Below are positions 13,748 through 27,303 of a stretch of DNA of 64,000 nt, piece by piece. Source of the stretch: Eledone cirrhosa (Eukaryota); the NCBI GenBank assembly GCA_964016885.1, contig OZ024760.1, positions 18,972,001-19,036,000 of the forward strand, in the 5' to 3' direction. A program made the position numbers and the translations under genes. The notes under the pieces were generated by a model, which saw nothing but the letters and a program-made list of their open reading frames with translations, had not been told where the DNA came from and did not search any database. How positions within the stretch are numbered: the first letter of the stretch is position 1; each line of letters begins with the position of its first letter.

Positions 13748-14218
13748 AGTATTATGACCTATAAAAACTAACACCCTCCCATCCTTCTGGCTTTCGGCTG
13801 ACTGCCACAGTAGCGATGGTAGCAGTAAGCTTTGGCAAGGCATAGGTGGGCCACTGACAGCGAATTTCGTTGAAATCTGCGGTGCTACTGCGGTGCTAAA
13901 TATATATATATAGGAGGGTGTTAAAGTTTGCTTGAAGCATTGTGAAATGTGTAAAAATACGTATTTAAGAAAGCCACAACAATGCAAAGGGAAATCTCGA
14001 GGTAGGAAGTGAAATATAGATAGGAAAAACAGGTGAAAGTGAAAATTGAGAGAGACAAAGATGAAAACAAAACAAAGGTAGAAGGGTTGCCGTAGTAGAG
14101 ATTTAATCCCAATATTTCGGGCTCACGCCCATCAACGGGGGAAAAGTTCCAAAAGGGGGGAAACAGGCCAAGCGGAGAAAGTTGTGATGTCGTTAAGACA
14201 GGAATGCCGTTATATAAC

Positions 14219-14887
14219 CAGGATGAAGGATTCTAGAATACCAAAAACAACTCTTTTATGGAGAGTTAGTTAAAGGAAAACGACCGCCACATAAACCAAA
14301 AAAGAGGTATAAGGATTCCTTGAAAGTCTCTTTGAAAGACGCTAACATCTCTGCTGATACATGGAAAAATATTGCTGCTGATCGTAATAAATGGAGAAAG
14401 ACTGTATATGAGGGAAAAGTTGCCTTTGAGGCATTTCGAATCGCATACGAGAAAGTAAAGCGGGATGTGAGGAAGGGCATTGCTGTTGCACTTCCAGACG
14501 GCGAAGGTCCTCCTATGGTGCTGACTTCGCAGTCATAAAGTAAGACTAGTGTTTGATTACCAGGCTGCTGTTGGAGATGCTACTCATCATGCTTGCCAAA
14601 CATGTGGTAGAGAATGTAAATCAGCAGGAGGGCTCAAGCGACATGCAAAAGTACATGGACTCCAACCACAGCCGACTATTCCCAGTGAATGTTTTGGTTA
14701 CCGACTCTGTGCAAGACATTTTAGATCATTGGCTGGGCTAAAAAGCCACATTCGATCGCAGCGCTGTTCGTTGCTATCGTGTGTGTGTGTGTGTGTGTGT
14801 ATAGATATGTTTATGTGTGTGCGCGTGTGTGTATATATATATATATATATATGTATATTATTATTGTTGTTGTCGTTATTATTATTG

Positions 14888-14922
<35 letters not shown>

Positions 14923-14968
14923 GTTATTAATATATATGTGTGTATATATATATATATATATGTATGTG

Positions 14969-15017
<49 letters not shown>

Positions 15018-15063
15018 TTTTTTCTCGTGCAATCGCCATACTCGATAACGAGGGGGCAGCCAT
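14219..15063 (+). mobile_element. RTE-clade LINE 3' fragment (C-terminal domain plus two C2H2 zinc fingers), 3' UTR interrupted by microsatellites
   Basis: RMKDSRIPK/QLFYGELVKGKRPPHKPKKRYKDSLKVSLK...WKNIAADRNKWR, then [21 protein letters not shown] and the degenerate [19 protein letters not shown]. Terminal gccatactcgataacgagggggcagcca. Confidence 0.85.
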
Positions 15064-15110
15064 AAATGTATGTATATATGTATATATATATATGTATGTA
15101 TATATATATG

Positions 15111-15183
<73 letters not shown>

Positions 15184-15535
15184 GTATGTATATATATATG
15201 TATATATATATGTATGTATATATATATGTATATATATATGTATATATATATATATTTATATATATATGTATATATATATGTATATATATATATATTTATA
15301 TATATATGTATATATATATGTATGTATATATATATGTATATATATATGTATATATATATGTATATATATATGTATGTATATATATATGTATATATGTATG
15401 TATATATGTATGTATATATGTATGTATATATATATGTATATATATATGTATATATATATGTATATATATATGTATATATATATGTATATATATATGTATA
15501 TATATATGTATGTATATATATATGTATATATATAT

Positions 15536-16144
15536 GTCAGGTCACCAGTTGGTGCTACTGGTAACATGTATCCCAGTACAACCTGTCTCATGGTCGGGTC
15601 GTTGGCGACTAAACTGGCAACCCCACCAAGGTTTCTTGGTGAGGAGGGTGACTTTGGACATCCTGCAGGACTAAAACCAAAACCTGTCAAAGGGCAAAGG
15701 AGCTCTTAAGAGTCAATGACCATCCAAAATCACCGGGAGAGATGACCCCTTAGCCTTTGTCAAGGCAGAATTCTAGGAGAAGGAAAACTCTGATATAACA
15801 CCTGCAACCCTGATGGTATCCAATGATGTTGACTTGTTCTTCTTTTTGGTAAATATCATCTTGGTTAAGAGAATGGGACTGGCTTTGTGCAGTGCCTTTG
15901 CTCACTATAAAAGCTTCACGGCACAGGCATTGCTTTATATCTGGAGATCTCTCTGCACTTGTCGTCACATGGTACCATGGGCCCAGCACTATGTGTCAAT
16001 AATTGTCACAGGTGTAGTGTTTGTAGCAGAGTTTTCAAGTCGCTGGCTAGACTAAAAAGTCACACTCGTTCAGCCCATCGGTCGGGGTTCTCCTACATGG
16101 ATATAAAGTAGTGGCCATACTCGAAAACGAGTTGGCAGCCACCA
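15536..16144 (+). mobile_element. ~600-bp non-autonomous RTE-derived element
   Basis: 5' part resembles an RTE 5' UTR (ctaggagaaggaaaactctg). 3' part encodes a C2H2 finger remnant and ends gccatactcgaaaacgagttggcagcca, like the LINE end near 15036-15062. Confidence 0.85.
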
Positions 16145-16372
16145 TATATATATGTATATATATATGTATATATATATGTATATATATATGTATGTATATA
16201 TATATGTGTATATATATGTATGTATATATATATGTGTATATATATGTGTATATATATATATGTATATATATATGTATATATATATGTATATATATATGTA
16301 TGTATATATATTTATGTATATATATGTATGTATATATATTTATGTATATATATTTATGTATATATATTTATG

Positions 16373-16421
<49 letters not shown>

Positions 16422-17080
16422 GTATATATGTATGTATATGTATATATGTATATGTATATATGTATATATGTATGTATATGTATATATGTATGTATATGTA
16501 TATATGTATGTATATGTATATATGTATGTATATATGTATATATATATGTATACATGTATGTATATATGTATACATGTATGTATATATGTATACATGTATG
16601 TATATATGTATATATGTATGTATATATGTATATATATATGTATATATGTATATATATATGTATATATGTATATATATATGTATATATGTATATATATATG
16701 TATATATGTATATATATATGTATATATATATGTATATATATATGTATATATGTATATATATATGTATATATGTATATATATATGTATATATATGTATATA
16801 TATATGTATATATATATATGTATATATGTATATATATATGTATATATATATATGTATATATATATATGTATATATGTATATATATATGTATATATGTATA
16901 TATATATGTATATATATATATGTATATATGTATATATATATATGTATATATGTATATATATATGTATATATGTATATATATATGTATATATGTATATATA
17001 TATGTATATATGTATATATATATGTATATATGTATATATATATGTATGTATATATGTATATATGTATGTATATACGTATG

Positions 17081-17111
<31 letters not shown>

Positions 17112-17140
17112 ATATGTATGTATATATGTATATATATATG
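16145..17140. repeat. (TA)/(TATG) microsatellite
   Basis: Direct inspection. Confidence 0.95.
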
Positions 17141-17426
17141 TCGTTTCTGAATTTGTTTAGCAAGATTCTTTATCTGAAAACGTGTGTTGAAACCAATATT
17201 GTTATACTTTTGGAGGGTCATGTTGCCAATAAGAAACACACGCACCAGTTGCTTTCACTTCAATTTATTATAAATTAAATCATAAATTTAAGAAATTTAT
17301 AAATTTCTTGTAGGTTGGTTGGTTCCACAACCGGACGGTTGTTGATATATTGTCAAAGTTCTTTCGTAACACATTCTGCGACATCATCAGTGACCGGGGA
17401 TCCTTTTCTTTACTAAAGAAACTGTT

Positions 17427-17529
17427 CAGTTTCTGAAGATCTGATCGAGCTAGAATCGTATTTGAAATTGAATGGCACTGCGCCCAGCAATTTTTAGACA
17501 ACTTTATCAACGAAACAATTGTTAGACTG
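17427..17529 (+). ncRNA. Type I hammerhead motif with long stem II insert (family E)
   Basis: caguuu-CUGAAGA-ucUGAU...AUCAac-GAAA-CAAUUG-UU-agacug, with a 6-bp stem I. Downstream tail homologous to 20356-20553. Confidence 0.65.
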
Positions 17530-17770
17530 TAAATAAATCCCGTTTTTGTACTGTTGACCATGTTATTCTCCTTTTTCAATTTTATTACTCCAAGATAAAC
17601 TTACATAGGAATACAAGTGAAATCATAAACTTGTCATCTTCGTAAACCTCTTGTTGAGTCAAACAACGCCGTACGCTAAAACTATTCATAATAAGAAGTA
17701 TTCACAACCTCTAATTGGATTACCTATAACGATATTTTGTTATCTCTTATATATATATATCTATCTATCT

Positions 17771-17900
17771 AAGGGGGGTAACATTCCCGAGATCCATGGA
17801 CGAGTTCTCTCCAGCGGTCTCTGTCCCTCATTATCGCTGCCATGTCCTGAGTCTCCAACAGACCAGTGTCTGTCCTTAGGGCATCAACATACGTTAACCT
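17771..17900 (-). mobile_element. RTE-like LINE 3' end (same family as 9071-9222)
   Basis: Encodes LTYVDALRTDTGLLETQDMAAIMRDRDRWRELVHGSRE, with a (TAGA) tail. Confidence 0.8.
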
Positions 17901-17931
<31 letters not shown>

Positions 17932-17934
17932 GTA

Positions 17935-18127
17935 AAGGGTAAACAGAAATAACAACACAATCGGTACAGTATATGGAAGGAATATATTAGGTTAACGCTT
18001 GATATAACAGGAGGAGGGTCTTAACATTTCGGATGCTAGTCCTTCACCTGAAGAAAGAATGAGAAATGATAGATTGAAGGTACGGGCGGGTTGGAATTGG
18101 AAAAAAATGTCTTTAGATAAAAATAAC
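17935..18127 (-). mobile_element. Family-G element, homolog of 22440-22640, with a decayed hammerhead
   Basis: Reverse complement ucuu-CAGGUGA-aggacuagcaucc-GAAAuguu-aaga plus a shared tail. Confidence 0.6.
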
Positions 18128-18253
18128 TGTTTCTACTTTAGGCACAAGGCCAGCAATTATCCAGTGCATTACTGGTACTTTTATGATGACATCTCTTGGA
18201 AAACTGTTGATGGTGGAAAAAAAACCGTTTTGTATATGTATATATATATATAT

Positions 18254-18437
18254 AACGAAGGAAATGTGGTAAGGAACCAGGTGGACCATAACGCACCAAA
18301 GTACTCAATACTTGAGGTAGTAGAGTGGGTAATAGGAACCAGTAAGACCCCGACAGCTGAGCTCAAGCCGTTTCGACGGCTAATTCAGAATTAGCCGTCG
18401 AAACGGCTTGAGCTCAGCCGTCGGGGTCTTACTGGTT

Positions 18438-18442
<5 letters not shown>
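18254..18442. mobile_element. Family-B hairpin element in (TA)n
   Basis: 55-bp arms 18332-18386 and 18388-18442 with a 1-nt spacer. Each arm carries a hammerhead 3' half: GAAACGGCU-ugagcuc-AGCCGUC. Confidence 0.85.
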
Positions 18443-18474
<32 letters not shown>

Positions 18475-18476
<2 letters not shown>

Positions 18477-18519
18477 CCTGATGATTTCTTTCGAATGAAA
18501 CAGTTCTAGTCTTGTAGAA
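18475..18519 (+). ncRNA. Type I hammerhead motif (family C)
   Basis: uuc-CUGAUGA-uUUCuuucGAAu-GAA-ACAG-uucuaguc-UUGU-A-gaa. Confidence 0.65.
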
Positions 18520-18889
18520 TCCATTTCTATATTACATTTGATGTTTACACTGTACTAATGTATTGAGTACCATACTTACTGTGCTTAACTGCCTTTGATG
18601 CCAGGATCCTCTCTCTCTCACATATATATTTCTTAACTTATTGATCAGTCACCCTGATCAATCAAATCACAATTTTGCTATCGCCACATCGAAACCTTTG
18701 CTGTATAATTCAATTTCGCGTACATGACGTAGAGGACATTAGGATCAAGGCGACTATTAAGGCAATGTGAGAGGGGGAGTGAGTGAGTGAGAGAGAGAGA
18801 GGGAGAGAGAGGGAGGGAAGAGGAGAAATAGTAAGGGAGCAGAGCATGAGAAAGTCTATATAGAAGGGTTTAGAGGAAACAAGAGTTCG

Positions 18890-19510
18890 CAGTGATGATG
18901 GTGATGGTGGTGGTGTCGGTGATGGTGGTGGTGTTGGTGTTGGTGGTGGTGATGGTGGTGGTGGTGTTGGTGTTGTTGTTGGTGGTGTTGGGGATGGTGT
19001 TGGTGTTGTTGTTGGTGGGGTTTGTGATGATGATGGTGGTGGTGTCGGTGGTGTTGGTGGTGTTGGTGGTGTTGGTGTTGGTGGTGTTGGGGATGGTGTT
19101 GGTGTTGTTGTTGGTGGGGTTGGTGATGATGATGGTGGTGGTGTCGGTGATGGTGGTGGTGTTGGTGGTGTTGGTGTTGTTGTTGGTGGTGTTGGGGATG
19201 GTGTTGGTGTTGTTGTTGGTGGGGTTGGTGATGATGATGGTGGTGGTGTTGGTGTTGTTGTTGGTGGTGTTGTTGTTGGTGGTGTCGGTGTTGGTGTTGT
19301 TGGTGGTGTTGCTGTTGGTGGTGTTGGTGTTGGAGTTGGTGTTGGTGGTGCTGTTGTTGTTGGTGATGGTGATGATGTTGATGTTGTTGATGTTATTGGT
19401 GGTGGTGGTGTTGGTGGTGGTGGTGGTGGTGTTGTTGATGGTGATGTTATTGGTGGTGGTGTTGGTGGTGGTGTTATTGTTAGTGTTGTTGGTGGCGATT
19501 TTGGTAGATG
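18890..19510. repeat. (GGT/GTT/GAT)n trinucleotide repeat
   Basis: Direct inspection. Confidence 0.95.
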
Positions 19511-19829
19511 TGATAATGCACCTTAATTTACAAGTAAGATGAAAGATAAAGTGTGGACACTCTGTGAGAAGTTTAGAGCTGCCTTGTTATATATAATGGA
19601 TACTTAATCCAACAAATGTTAGGAGTAGATTAATATATTGCTAAGGTAACTCAGTCATTCCTCCTTTTCTTATATATTTCTTCTACTTTTCTACATCAAC
19701 TCTCAAAGTTGACTCCAGACTTGTTACATTCGTATTCTAACCCACTTGCATTGTAAGGCTTTCTAAACACATATTCCGAAAGAAACAGTTCTAGTCCTGT
19801 AGAAGCAATTTTTATATTATATATTATTA

Positions 19830-20012
19830 TGTGGATTGGCAGTATCGGTAGAGAGTCGGACACCATGCTTTGAAGCATGGAGTTACGTCCCTTTATGATC
19901 TGAGTTCAAATCCCGCCGAGGTTAACTTTGCCTTTCATCCTTACGGGGTCGATAACATAAAGTACCATTAATGTACTGGGTAATTGCTGGCCTTGTGCCT
20001 AAAATAGAAACG
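19830..20012 (+). mobile_element. Major SINE inserted inside a family-C element (19774-20088)
   Basis: Family-C sequence on both sides. attatatatta at 19816-19826 and 20013-20023. Confidence 0.85.
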
Positions 20013-20085
20013 ATTATATATTAAATATCTATACTCTGCTATGTATTGCGTACCTTACTTACTGTGGTTACCCCCGATTAAACCC

Positions 20086-20119
<34 letters not shown>

Positions 20120-20121
<2 letters not shown>

Positions 20122-20553
20122 AAGATTGAAGAGTAACATGGTCTGCTGTACAACAGGGGGCTTTATTTCAAGTATTAACAATGTTTTATTGATCAGGCGA
20201 GTCTAGAGGCTGCTAATCGCTCGAAATTGCATCACTTGATCTTCAATGTTCTGAGGATTTGATCAGAGGTAAATAATGTATTGGAGATCGAGTGACGCAA
20301 CTTCGAGCGATTAGCAGCCTCTAGACTCATCTGATCAATGAAACAATTGTTAATACCTGAAATAAAGCCCCTTGTTGTACAGCCGACCATGTTACTCTTC
20401 AATCTTTCGCTATTATTACTCCAAGTATAACCTGCATAGGAATTCTCGCGAACTCGCTGCCTAACTATGGAAACATCTTGTTGAGTCAAACAAAGCCGTA
20501 CGTTAAAACTATCCTTCATAGAGTACTCACAACTGGATTACCTATAACGATAA
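20120..20553. mobile_element. Family-E fold-back element
   Basis: Inverted arms ~20120-20247 and 20280-20408, followed by a tail homologous to 17583-17735. Confidence 0.75.
20247..20355 (+). ncRNA. Type I hammerhead motif with long stem II
   Basis: uguu-CUGAGGA-uUUGAUCAGA...UCUGAUCAAu-GAAA-CAAUUG-UU-aaua. Confidence 0.7.
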
Positions 20554-21084
20554 CTTGCCTTTCATCCTTTCGGGGTCGATAAAAAAGTATTAGTTTAGTA
20601 CTGGGGTCGATCTTCCTCTGTATCTCTTTCTCACTTCAATTTTCTCATTCTTTTTTGTTCTCTGGAAGAAATCTGCTTTATTCAGACCTTTGCCTTTCAT
20701 CCATTTTAGGTCAATAAATAACGTATCAGTCTAATACTGGGGTCGATTCTTCCTCTATATCTCTTTCTCACTTCTACTCACTTCCTTTCTCTATTCTTCT
20801 CTGGAAGAAATCTGCTGTATTCAGACCTGGAGAGGGATGGGCTCCGCCATGTTTGAATATGCCTTAGAAATGCCATATCTCAATACGGTCCCCTAACGAT
20901 TCTATCAGGAGGTATGGGACCATACATGGAATGCTTACTATGTGGTCAATAGTAATATTAGAAACAGCAGCCAATGCTCTGTTGAAATTTATCGCGACGC
21001 TCTAACGACTCAGTTGATCTATAATTCTCTGGAATCCTTTCAGTAATATGAGCGCATAATCTTTTTTTTTATTTAGAATTTAGT

Positions 21085-21272
21085 CAGGGGGTGTCTTGTA
21101 CTCTCAGTCGCTTCATGCCACGAAACCAGGATAAGCACTGGCTCCAGACAGACTTTAACCCTATGATGGACTGGCGCCCTGTCCAGGGTGGAGTTTTGTA
21201 CTCTCTGTCGTTTGACACCACGGAACCAGGATAAGTACTAGCCTAACGATTCTCTTGGCTTGAGACAGATTT
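21085..21272 (+). mobile_element. 3' parts of a second SINE family (partial tandem)
   Basis: ccctatgatggactggcgccctgtccaggg...ggataag; homologous to 58020-58198 (-). Confidence 0.65.
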
Positions 21273-22514
21273 AGACTTAACCCTTTAGCATTTAAACCGG
21301 CCATATCCGGCCAGAATTCTCTCACCTCTTTCTGTTCAAACCACCCATAACTGGCCGCTCATGCCTGAATTAAGGTATTACTCTCAAAATAAATAACATT
21401 AAAATCTCATAGATTCGATATTATGTGAGATGATTATGTAAGATAAATCCTTTACTGTGAAAATATAATAGTATATTTAGAGTAATGTAAATGCTAAAGG
21501 GTGAAACCGAAATAAACCAGTATTTTATTTATTTCATCTACCAGCAAAACTATGAATAACAAATTTGACTCAGGCAGGATTTGAACTGAGAAAACCAGAA
21601 CAAATAGCGTATCATTATATATTATTAACGCTCGAATACATTTACTAAAACTAAAATTGATCCTTGGTTTACTTGAAGCAATATTACAGAAATACTGACA
21701 TAAATACTATGAAAGAGTAAAGAGTAAAGAAAAATCAGCAGCAAGAAATATCGTTTTCATTGATTTTTCCATTACTAACACTATCTGACGGTTGTAACTC
21801 CTGGCAGAAGGGTGCAGAATTTTGAATTCTAAACTCAGTACAGAATCGTATCAGATACGAGCTCATTAAAAATATTACTGATTTCTTGCCCCTGGAAAGG
21901 TAGTTATCTATCGAACTCCGAAATCTAATGATTACGAAAAGAATTTCTTAATGATGTAAAATTATTTGACATAACCGTATACTTAAGAAGTTTGCCTCTG
22001 GTTCGCATAAAGTTGTTATATAGAGTCAGTACAATTGATCTACAAGTTATGCCGAGGAACAAATGCGTTACGATAGAAATTTAGTAGACGGAAAAAATCT
22101 ATCTGTGTAATTTTGAAATATTTTTGTCCGTGCGTGGGATTTCCGTGAGTATCTATCGGCATTCTGATCAACAGAATGGATTGGATATTCACCAGTTTCG
22201 ACGATGATTGTTCTTAACGAACTGCATCGTCGCTAAGTGAAACCACCTGGTGCAGCTGTCACGATTTTAGCTATCCCTATACCCACTCTGCATCTCCCCA
22301 TGTATTGAGTACTCCCATGATTAGTGGTCTCCTCGGTCTCAGTACCACATATTCTCTCTCTCCCCCCTCTCTCTCCATATATATCTGTGTATATATATAT
22401 ATGTAATGTATGTATAGAGATGTCAACATGAATGGATCTGTTGTTTTTCTCTAAAAATATTTATTCCGATTACAACCCCACCCGCCCCTTCAATCTTTCT
22501 AATTTCTGATTCTT

Positions 22515-22550
22515 TCTTCTGATGAAGGACGAGCGTCCGAAAAGTTAAGA
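22515..22550 (+). ncRNA. Minimal hammerhead motif (family G)
   Basis: ucuu-CUGAUGA-aGGACgagcGUCC-GAAA-aGUU-aaga. The inferred ancestral stem III is the palindrome AACGUU. Confidence 0.55.
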
Positions 22551-22657
22551 CACTCTTCCTGCTATTTCAAGTGTTAAATTGATATATCCCTTCCATACAC
22601 TGTACCGATTGTGTTGTTATTTCTGCTTATCTTTTACACATACACACATATATATAT

Positions 22658-22898
22658 GTTTACCCTGGGTTCAATCGGGGGTAACCACAGTAAGTAAGGT
22701 ACTCAATACATAGCAGAGTATAAATATTTGATATAGAAATGGCTTCTACAGGACTAGAACTGTTTCATTCCTGATGATTTCCTCCGAATGAAACAGTTCT
22801 AGCCCTGTAGAAACCTTTTCTATATTAAATATTTATACTCTGCTTTGTATTGAGTACCTTACTTACTGTGGTTACCCCCGATTGAACTCGGGATAAAC
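22658..22898. mobile_element. Family-C fold-back element with the hammerhead (22768-22812, +) at its centre
   Basis: Arms 22658-22770 and 22786-22898 with spacer ctgatgatttcctcc. (TA)n on both sides. Confidence 0.8.
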
Positions 22899-22928
22899 TT
22901 ATATATATATATATATTTATATATATAT

Positions 22929-23134
22929 AACGAAGGAAATGTGGTAAGGAACCAGGTGGACCATAACGCACCAAAGTACTCAATACTTAGGGTAGTAGAG
23001 TGGGTAATAGGAACGAGTAGGACCCCGAAGGCTGAGCTCAAGCCGTTTCGACGGCTAATTCTGGACTTAGATTTAGTCCAGAATTAGCCGTCGAAACGGC
23101 TTGAGCTCAGCCGTCGGGGTCCTACTCGTTCCTA
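22929..23134. mobile_element. Family-B hairpin element
   Basis: Arms meet at ctggact-tagattt-agtccag. Confidence 0.85.
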
Positions 23135-23275
23135 TATATATATATATATATATATATAGATAATACAATATGTAGAAAAGGTAAGACACTAGAGAGAGAT
23201 ACAGTGCGCCATCATAAAACAGGGAAAAACCACCAGTGTAGGGAATGGCGAGGGTCTATGGCTCCGTTAATGTAT

Positions 23276-23877
<602 letters not shown>

Positions 23878-23878
23878 C

Positions 23879-23929
<51 letters not shown>

Positions 23930-23930
23930 C

Positions 23931-24037
<107 letters not shown>

Positions 24038-24157
24038 TATATATATATATATATACATACATATACATATTTATTAAAATAACAGATTAAAGTTTAAGCA
24101 AAGAATCGCTGCTTATCGAGCCCTCTTTGGATTTTAGTATATATATATATATATATA

Positions 24158-24188
<31 letters not shown>

Positions 24189-24690
24189 TATATGTTTCGA
24201 CAGCTAGATCCGAACATATATATATATATATATGTATATCTCTTTCTCTCTCTTTCCTCTCTCTCACTCTATCTAATTTATCTCTCTATCTATCTATCTA
24301 TCTATATTGTCCCCTTTCTTGTTGCGCCCTTGTGGCTAATAAAGAAATCTATCTATATATATATGTATATATATATGTATATATATATGTGTGTGTGTTT
24401 TTGCATTTATGTGTGTGTTTGTTTCCATGGAATGCTATATAGAGTTGCTGTATACGTTTGTTAGTAAATACTAGCGTTTCACTTGATCCTGATAAATGTC
24501 AAAATGTTTTGACTTAAATAACTCCACCAGTTCTGATGGTAGTCTCGCTTAGAAAGTTTGCCATCTAAACTTTTTTGTATTCTTCGTTAAAAAAAACGAT
24601 GTGTATGTATCTATGTTTGTATGTATGTATGTGTGTATGTATGTGTGTGTATGTATGTGTGTGTGTGTTTGTGTGTGAAGGCACACACAC

Positions 24691-24740
<50 letters not shown>

Positions 24741-24775
24741 GGACTCATGCCTGTACCTGCATATATTTATATGTG

Positions 24776-24817
<42 letters not shown>

Positions 24818-24823
24818 CATTTA

Positions 24824-24879
<56 letters not shown>

Positions 24880-25299
24880 TGAATATATATATATATATAT
24901 ATATAAAAATATGAATATATATATATATATATATAAAAATATGAATATATATATATATATATATATACAAATATGAATATATATATATATATATATACAA
25001 ATATGAATAAATATATATATATATACAAATATGAATATATATTTAAATATATATATATATATATATACAAATATGAATATATATATATATATATTTATAT
25101 ACAAATATGAATAAATATATATATATATATATATAGTAATAATAATAAATTTGAAGACTAAAATCCAAAGAGGGCTCGATAAGGATCAATATATATCAAA
25201 TATATAAGAACCGTAGAGCAAATATTTATAAATACAAATATGAATATATATATATATACATACATATATATGTATACATATATATATACATACAAATAT

Positions 25300-25344
<45 letters not shown>

Positions 25345-25795
25345 AATATGCATATAAATATATGTACACACACACACACACACACATACCCGCCCCACAC
25401 ACACACAGACACATACACACACACACACACACATATATATATATGCACATGTTTATTTAGCAATTCGAAACTTTCACAAAACTATTCTAAGGTTGTATAT
25501 AAAACTGATTACAATAAATAATAATAATAATGTTTCTACGTTTGACACAAGCCCAGCAAATTTCCCCAGTGTATTACTGGTACTTTATTTTTTCGACCCC
25601 GTAAGAATGAAAGGCAAAGTTAACCTTGGATCAATTATTTCTACTTTTGACGTTACTGGTACTATATTTTATCGGTCTCGGATGAGTGAAAATCAAAGTT
25701 TACCTCGGTGGGATTTCGACGTAAAAAGCCTGATCGAGGGCATGAAAGCATTTTTCTCATTGCTTTAACGATTCTAAGATTATTATTTATTCAGG

Positions 25796-26200
25796 GGCGG
25801 TGGATTGGCAGTATCGGTAGAGGGTCGGACATGCTTTCCAGCATAGTTACGTCCCTTTACGATCTGAGTTCAAATCCCGCCGAGGTTGACTTTGCCTTTC
25901 ATCCTTACGGGGTCGATAAAATAAAAGTACCAGTAATGCACTGGTAAATTGCTGGCCTTGTGCCTATAGTAGAAACAATTATTTAATATCATTTAATATC
26001 ATCAAAATTTGGTGAATTGGCAGTATCGGTAGAGGGTCGAACGCCATGCTTTGAAGCGTAAAGTTACGGCTCTTGCCATTCTGAGTTCAAATCCCGCCGA
26101 GGTTAACTTTGCCTTTCATCCTTACGGGGTCGATAAAATAAAGTACCAGTAATGTACTGTGTAATTGCTGGCCTTGTGCCAAAAAGTAGAAACAATTATT
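25796..26200 (+). mobile_element. Two tandem major-family SINEs (25796-25983, 26010-26200)
   Basis: Consensus match. A partial minus-strand copy lies just upstream (~25528-25628). Confidence 0.9.
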
Positions 26201-26229
26201 TAAATATCATTGTGAGCACCTGAAGACAT

Positions 26230-27055
26230 TCCAGTCTCCCAGGAGTCGATGAAAATCAACTAGCCAATCTCTTCGGAAGAACTTTCGGGCCGGGGCCTAT
26301 GGAAAATTTTCAGAAATCCCTGGCCTGGCAGTGCTACCGAGGAGCTTTGCCAGTTCGGGATAAACTCTACAGGCATAGAAGTGCCGTCAGCCAGGCATGT
26401 CCGAGATGAGCGCAGTGCGACGAAACCGTCCTGCATGCACGCGTCCAGTGTCCGAGCATTGCTGACTTGTGGGTTTATGTCGAACACCTGCTGTCGCGTG
26501 TAGAACGGATCCGGCTATCAGCTGAATACATTGTGAAGATTGCCCCACCCTCTTCCTTTAGCCGGGAAGGCAGACAGTTTTTATCTGTCTGGTGGCCATG
26601 GCAAAAGAGATAGTATGGTGGACACGTTTGAAAGGGCTGAAGACGAGCACTTACCTCTTCGGTGATGCCCTGATTAACTTTTTCAATTTTCATTTGAAAA
26701 GGAAAATCAGGGTAGAGAGGGAAGTGCTCTCTTCCCAGCTTTTTGTTGAAAGATGGGTGAGAGAAGCAAATATGGCCCGTGTGAATGGGCCTACTCTGAG
26801 TATGTGTCTGTAAATTAAATGTGGAAAACTGGGAGAGGGCACTTGTCCTGGTGGTCAGGGTCACTGTGGTCTTTTAATGGGCTTTCTCCACAAATGTCCC
26901 TCGGAAGTCTTCCCCCTATTGGGGAATTTTTCTTTGTTATTTTATTACATCCTCTGTTTTTTTACACGCAGAAATGCCCATTTGTACCGCCCTGTATTGT
27001 CCTGTACTGTCCTTAATGTCTACTTTATGTAAACCCTTGTGGTTAATAAAGAAAA

Positions 27056-27056
<1 letters not shown>
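26230..27056 (+). mobile_element. Tx1/L1-clade LINE 3' end with degenerate CCHC zinc knuckle
   Basis: FQKSLAWQCYRGALPVRDKL...CPR*AQCDETVLHARVQCPSIADLW...AKEIVWWTR...FVERW, then a 3' UTR ending cccttgtggttaataaagaaa. Confidence 0.8.
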
Positions 27057-27097
<41 letters not shown>

Positions 27098-27098
<1 letters not shown>

Positions 27099-27303
27099 GC
27101 CAGAATCAGTAGAGCGTCGGACAATATGCTTTGCGGCATATAGTTACTTTTCTTTACACTCTGAGTTCAAATCCAGCCGAGGTTAACTTTGCCTTTCATC
27201 CTTATGGGGTTGATAAAATAAAGTACCAGTCACGCACTGGGGTCGATTTAATCAACTTTCCCCTTAACCCCAAATTGTTGGTCTTGTGCCTAATGTAGAA
27301 ACT
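27098..27303 (+). mobile_element. Major SINE, longer subfamily
   Basis: B-box and core, plus the extra segment ggggtcgatttaatcaactttccc. Confidence 0.85.

Noticed and set aside
14549-14770. Host C2H2 zinc-finger gene exon
   Set aside because: It follows the RTE C-terminal domain directly and precedes the RTE 3' terminus, so it belongs to the LINE.
15536-15660. HDV-like ribozyme at the 5' end of the RTE-derived element
   Set aside because: Partial pairings exist (ggucacc/ggugacu, ccagu/acugg, a small hairpin before cuaa), but I could not assemble P1-P2-P3-L3-P1.1 in the required order. A descriptor search would settle it.
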